A stretch of 64,000 nt of DNA, taken from contig CAZQWQ010000024.1 of NCBI GenBank assembly GCA_964596925.1, positions 135,991 to 199,990 of the forward strand. Reading direction: 5' to 3'. This DNA comes from an uncultured Gemmatimonadaceae bacterium. GTDB taxonomy: Bacteria > Gemmatimonadota > Gemmatimonadetes > Gemmatimonadales > GWC2-71-9. Of this stretch, positions 62,604 through 64,000 are shown piece after piece (position 1 is the first letter of the stretch; every line of letters starts with the position of its first letter). Under the pieces are notes generated by a model. The model searched no databases. It was not told where the DNA came from and worked only from the letters and a program-made list of their open reading frames with translations. Position numbers and translations under genes: made by a program.

Positions 62604-63811
62604 GCACCGCGACCGTGAGCAGGACCGAGCTGGCGCAGAAGGCGCGGGCGTTTCCCGTGAGCTCGTTTCGAGCCGTGGGCCTCGGCGCCACCGCCGTCGG
62701 CCTCGTGCTGCTGCTCCTGAATCTCAGAGGGCACGCCGACCGCGTATGGTCCGCGTATCACTTCAACCTGCTCTTCTGGCTGGGCCTCGCCCAAGCCGGG
62801 GTGGTGATCGCCGCGAGCCAAAAGCTGGCCAAGGGGCATTGGTCGGGGCTCGTGATCCGGTTTGCCGAGGCCTCGGTGGCGTTCCTGCCGGTGGGCGTGG
62901 TGCTCTTCGTGGCGTCGTTCTTCGGGCGCGGCCACATCTATTCCTGGATCGCGGAGCCGCGCACTGATCTCGGTTGGTGGCTCACGCCGTTCTGGTTTTA
63001 CCTGCGCAACGGAGCGTTGCTCACGCTGCTCGCGTGGTTGTCCTGGCGCTTCGTGCGCGAGGACATGGCCCCGGACGTGGCGGAGCTGGCCGGGGGCGGG
63101 CCGGTCGAGCCGACCGAAGCGGAGCGTGGGCGCATCAACCGCGACGCCGCCCTCGTGGTCGTCGGGTACGCCTTTGGCTACAGCTTGCTCGCGTTCGACC
63201 TCGTCATGTCGCTCGCCCACAAGTGGGTGAGCAACCTGTACGGTGCTTTCTATTTCATGGGCAGCTTCCTGGCCGCCCTGATGTGGCTGGCGGTGTTGAG
63301 CATTCGGATGCGCGTGCGCATGGGGCTGGCTGGCCTGTACTCGCTGAAGCAGCAGCACGACCTCGCCAAGTTGTGCTTCGGTCTCACGGTGTTCTGGGCC
63401 TACCTGATGTTCTCCCAGTTCCTGGTGATCTGGTACGGCAATTTGCCGGAGGAGACATACTTCATCTTCTACCGGTTGTGGGGGGTATGGCGACCGTTCG
63501 GGGTCGCCGTGTTCCTGATGGTGTTCCTCATCCCGTTCATCGGGCTGCTCGGGGAAAAACCCAAGAAGGCGCCGGCGTGGTTGCTCGCGATCGCGCTCGT
63601 GAGCCTGGCCGGGATCTGGGTCGAGCGCTATCTCGAGATCGTGCCGTCCATCAACGACGGCGCCGGTCCGGCGCTCGGGCTGCCCGAGGTCGGGGCGTTG
63701 TTGTTCTTCGGCGGGCTGTACGCGCTCGCCGTGGCCTGGTTTGCGGGACGGTACCCGATGCTCTCGCCCCGGCTCGCCGCTGACACCTTGGAGCGAGAGC
63801 ACGGCCACTAG
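62600..63811 (+). CDS. actF: Alternative complex III subunit ActF (second NrfD-like membrane subunit)
   Basis: The GTG at 62600 overlaps the actE stop (GTGA). About 10 TM helices. The upstream part of the listed 498-aa ORF is an out-of-frame shadow of actE. Confidence 0.8.
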   Translation: MSTATVSRTELAQKARAFPVSSFRAVGLGATAVGLVLLLLNLRGHADRVWSAYHFNLLFWLGLAQAGVVIAASQKLAKGHWSGLVIRFAEASVAFLPVGVVLFVASFFGRGHIYSWIAEPRTDLGWWLTPFWFYLRNGALLTLLAWLSWRFVREDMAPDVAELAGGGPVEPTEAERGRINRDAALVVVGYAFGYSLLAFDLVMSLAHKWVSNLYGAFYFMGSFLAALMWLAVLSIRMRVRMGLAGLYSLKQQHDLAKLCFGLTVFWAYLMFSQFLVIWYGNLPEETYFIFYRLWGVWRPFGVAVFLMVFLIPFIGLLGEKPKKAPAWLLAIALVSLAGIWVERYLEIVPSINDGAGPALGLPEVGALLFFGGLYALAVAWFAGRYPMLSPRLAADTLEREHGH

Positions 63812-63881
63812 TCTCCATCGTGTTCATTCCCCGGCTGCAGGTCAGGGTCGGCCGGCGGGCACTAAACCATGGGGATCGGGT

Positions 63882-63887
63882 TAGAAT
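63882..63887 (+). promoter_or_regulatory. Candidate -10 box TAGAAT upstream of the last (partial) gene
   Basis: The sequence gggtTAGAATtgc lies 32 nt upstream of the ATG at 63919, which is preceded by GGGAGA. Confidence 0.25.
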
Positions 63888-63918
63888 TGCACGGGTCCAG
63901 CCTTTGGGAGATCGAACC

Positions 63919-64000
63919 ATGTCACACCCTGACCAGCAACGGCTGATCGGAACGGCTGCGGTGTTGTCGCTTACCGCACTAGTGGCCCTCGGCCTGGCCT
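63919..64000 (+). CDS. 5' end of a gene encoding a signal-peptide/TM-bearing protein (truncated by window edge)
   Basis: ATG at 63919 after GGGAGA. The translation MSHPDQQRLIGTAAVLSLTALVALGLA looks like a signal or anchor. The identity (actG, an oxidase subunit or something else) cannot be told from 27 codons. Confidence 0.3.
   Translation, partial: MSHPDQQRLIGTAAVLSLTALVALGLA

Noticed and set aside
62555-63808. 417-aa minus-strand ORF inside actF
   Set aside because: It is an antisense shadow whose product is highly charged (Arg/Glu/His/Pro). The plus strand encodes a coherent polytopic membrane protein.

Overview
This is a GC-rich bacterial chromosomal segment. Third codon positions are almost uniformly G/C, and the six-frame track contains many long antisense shadow ORFs. 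I call about 56 protein-coding genes, packed tightly with many ATGA/GTGA start-stop overlaps. I recognised no rRNA, tRNA, CRISPR array, transposase, integrase or obvious DNA-binding regulator. Gene order, left to right: (1) the 3' end of an MFS permease, a PafA-type alkaline phosphatase and a DUF4198-like periplasmic protein; (2) two small ORFs, a cusCBA-type Cu(I)/Ag(I) RND efflux system and a TorF-type porin; (3) a large polyamine/GABA uptake and catabolism block with an APC permease, two aldehyde dehydrogenases, a glutamine-synthetase-fold ligase, an SDR, a saccharopine-dehydrogenase-family enzyme, potDABC and a gabT-like aminotransferase; (4) a small helical protein coupled to an ABC-2 exporter, then an ACT protein; (5) a divergent Ser/Thr phospho-signalling locus, in which a YdjM-type membrane hydrolase and a soluble pseudokinase-kinase tandem protein face an Arg-rich repeat mini-ORF and a 2xFHA-TM-coiled-coil-trypsin-like protease, next to a polytopic hybrid histidine kinase; (6) pgi, a GH38 mannosidase and an esterase; (7) a peptide-type ABC importer with no ATPase genes, ending in an unusual inverted heptamer-repeat hairpin; (8) a nine-gene translationally coupled operon of unassigned function (GHMP kinase, signal-less heparinase II/III-like protein, TrmJ-like methyltransferase, class-III aminotransferase, an intact plus a degenerate amidohydrolase, DapA-like, DHOD-like and OSBS/NSAR-like enolase proteins); (9) a kinase-TPR protein; (10) a complete alternative complex III operon (actABCDEF). 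The best candidates for something undescribed are the FHA-protease/pseudokinase locus (27.3-32.5 kb) and the nine-gene operon (43.2-53.6 kb). All calls rest on reading motifs and gene context by eye, with no database search. The gene content resembles soil phyla such as Gemmatimonadota or Acidobacteriota, but that is only an impression.
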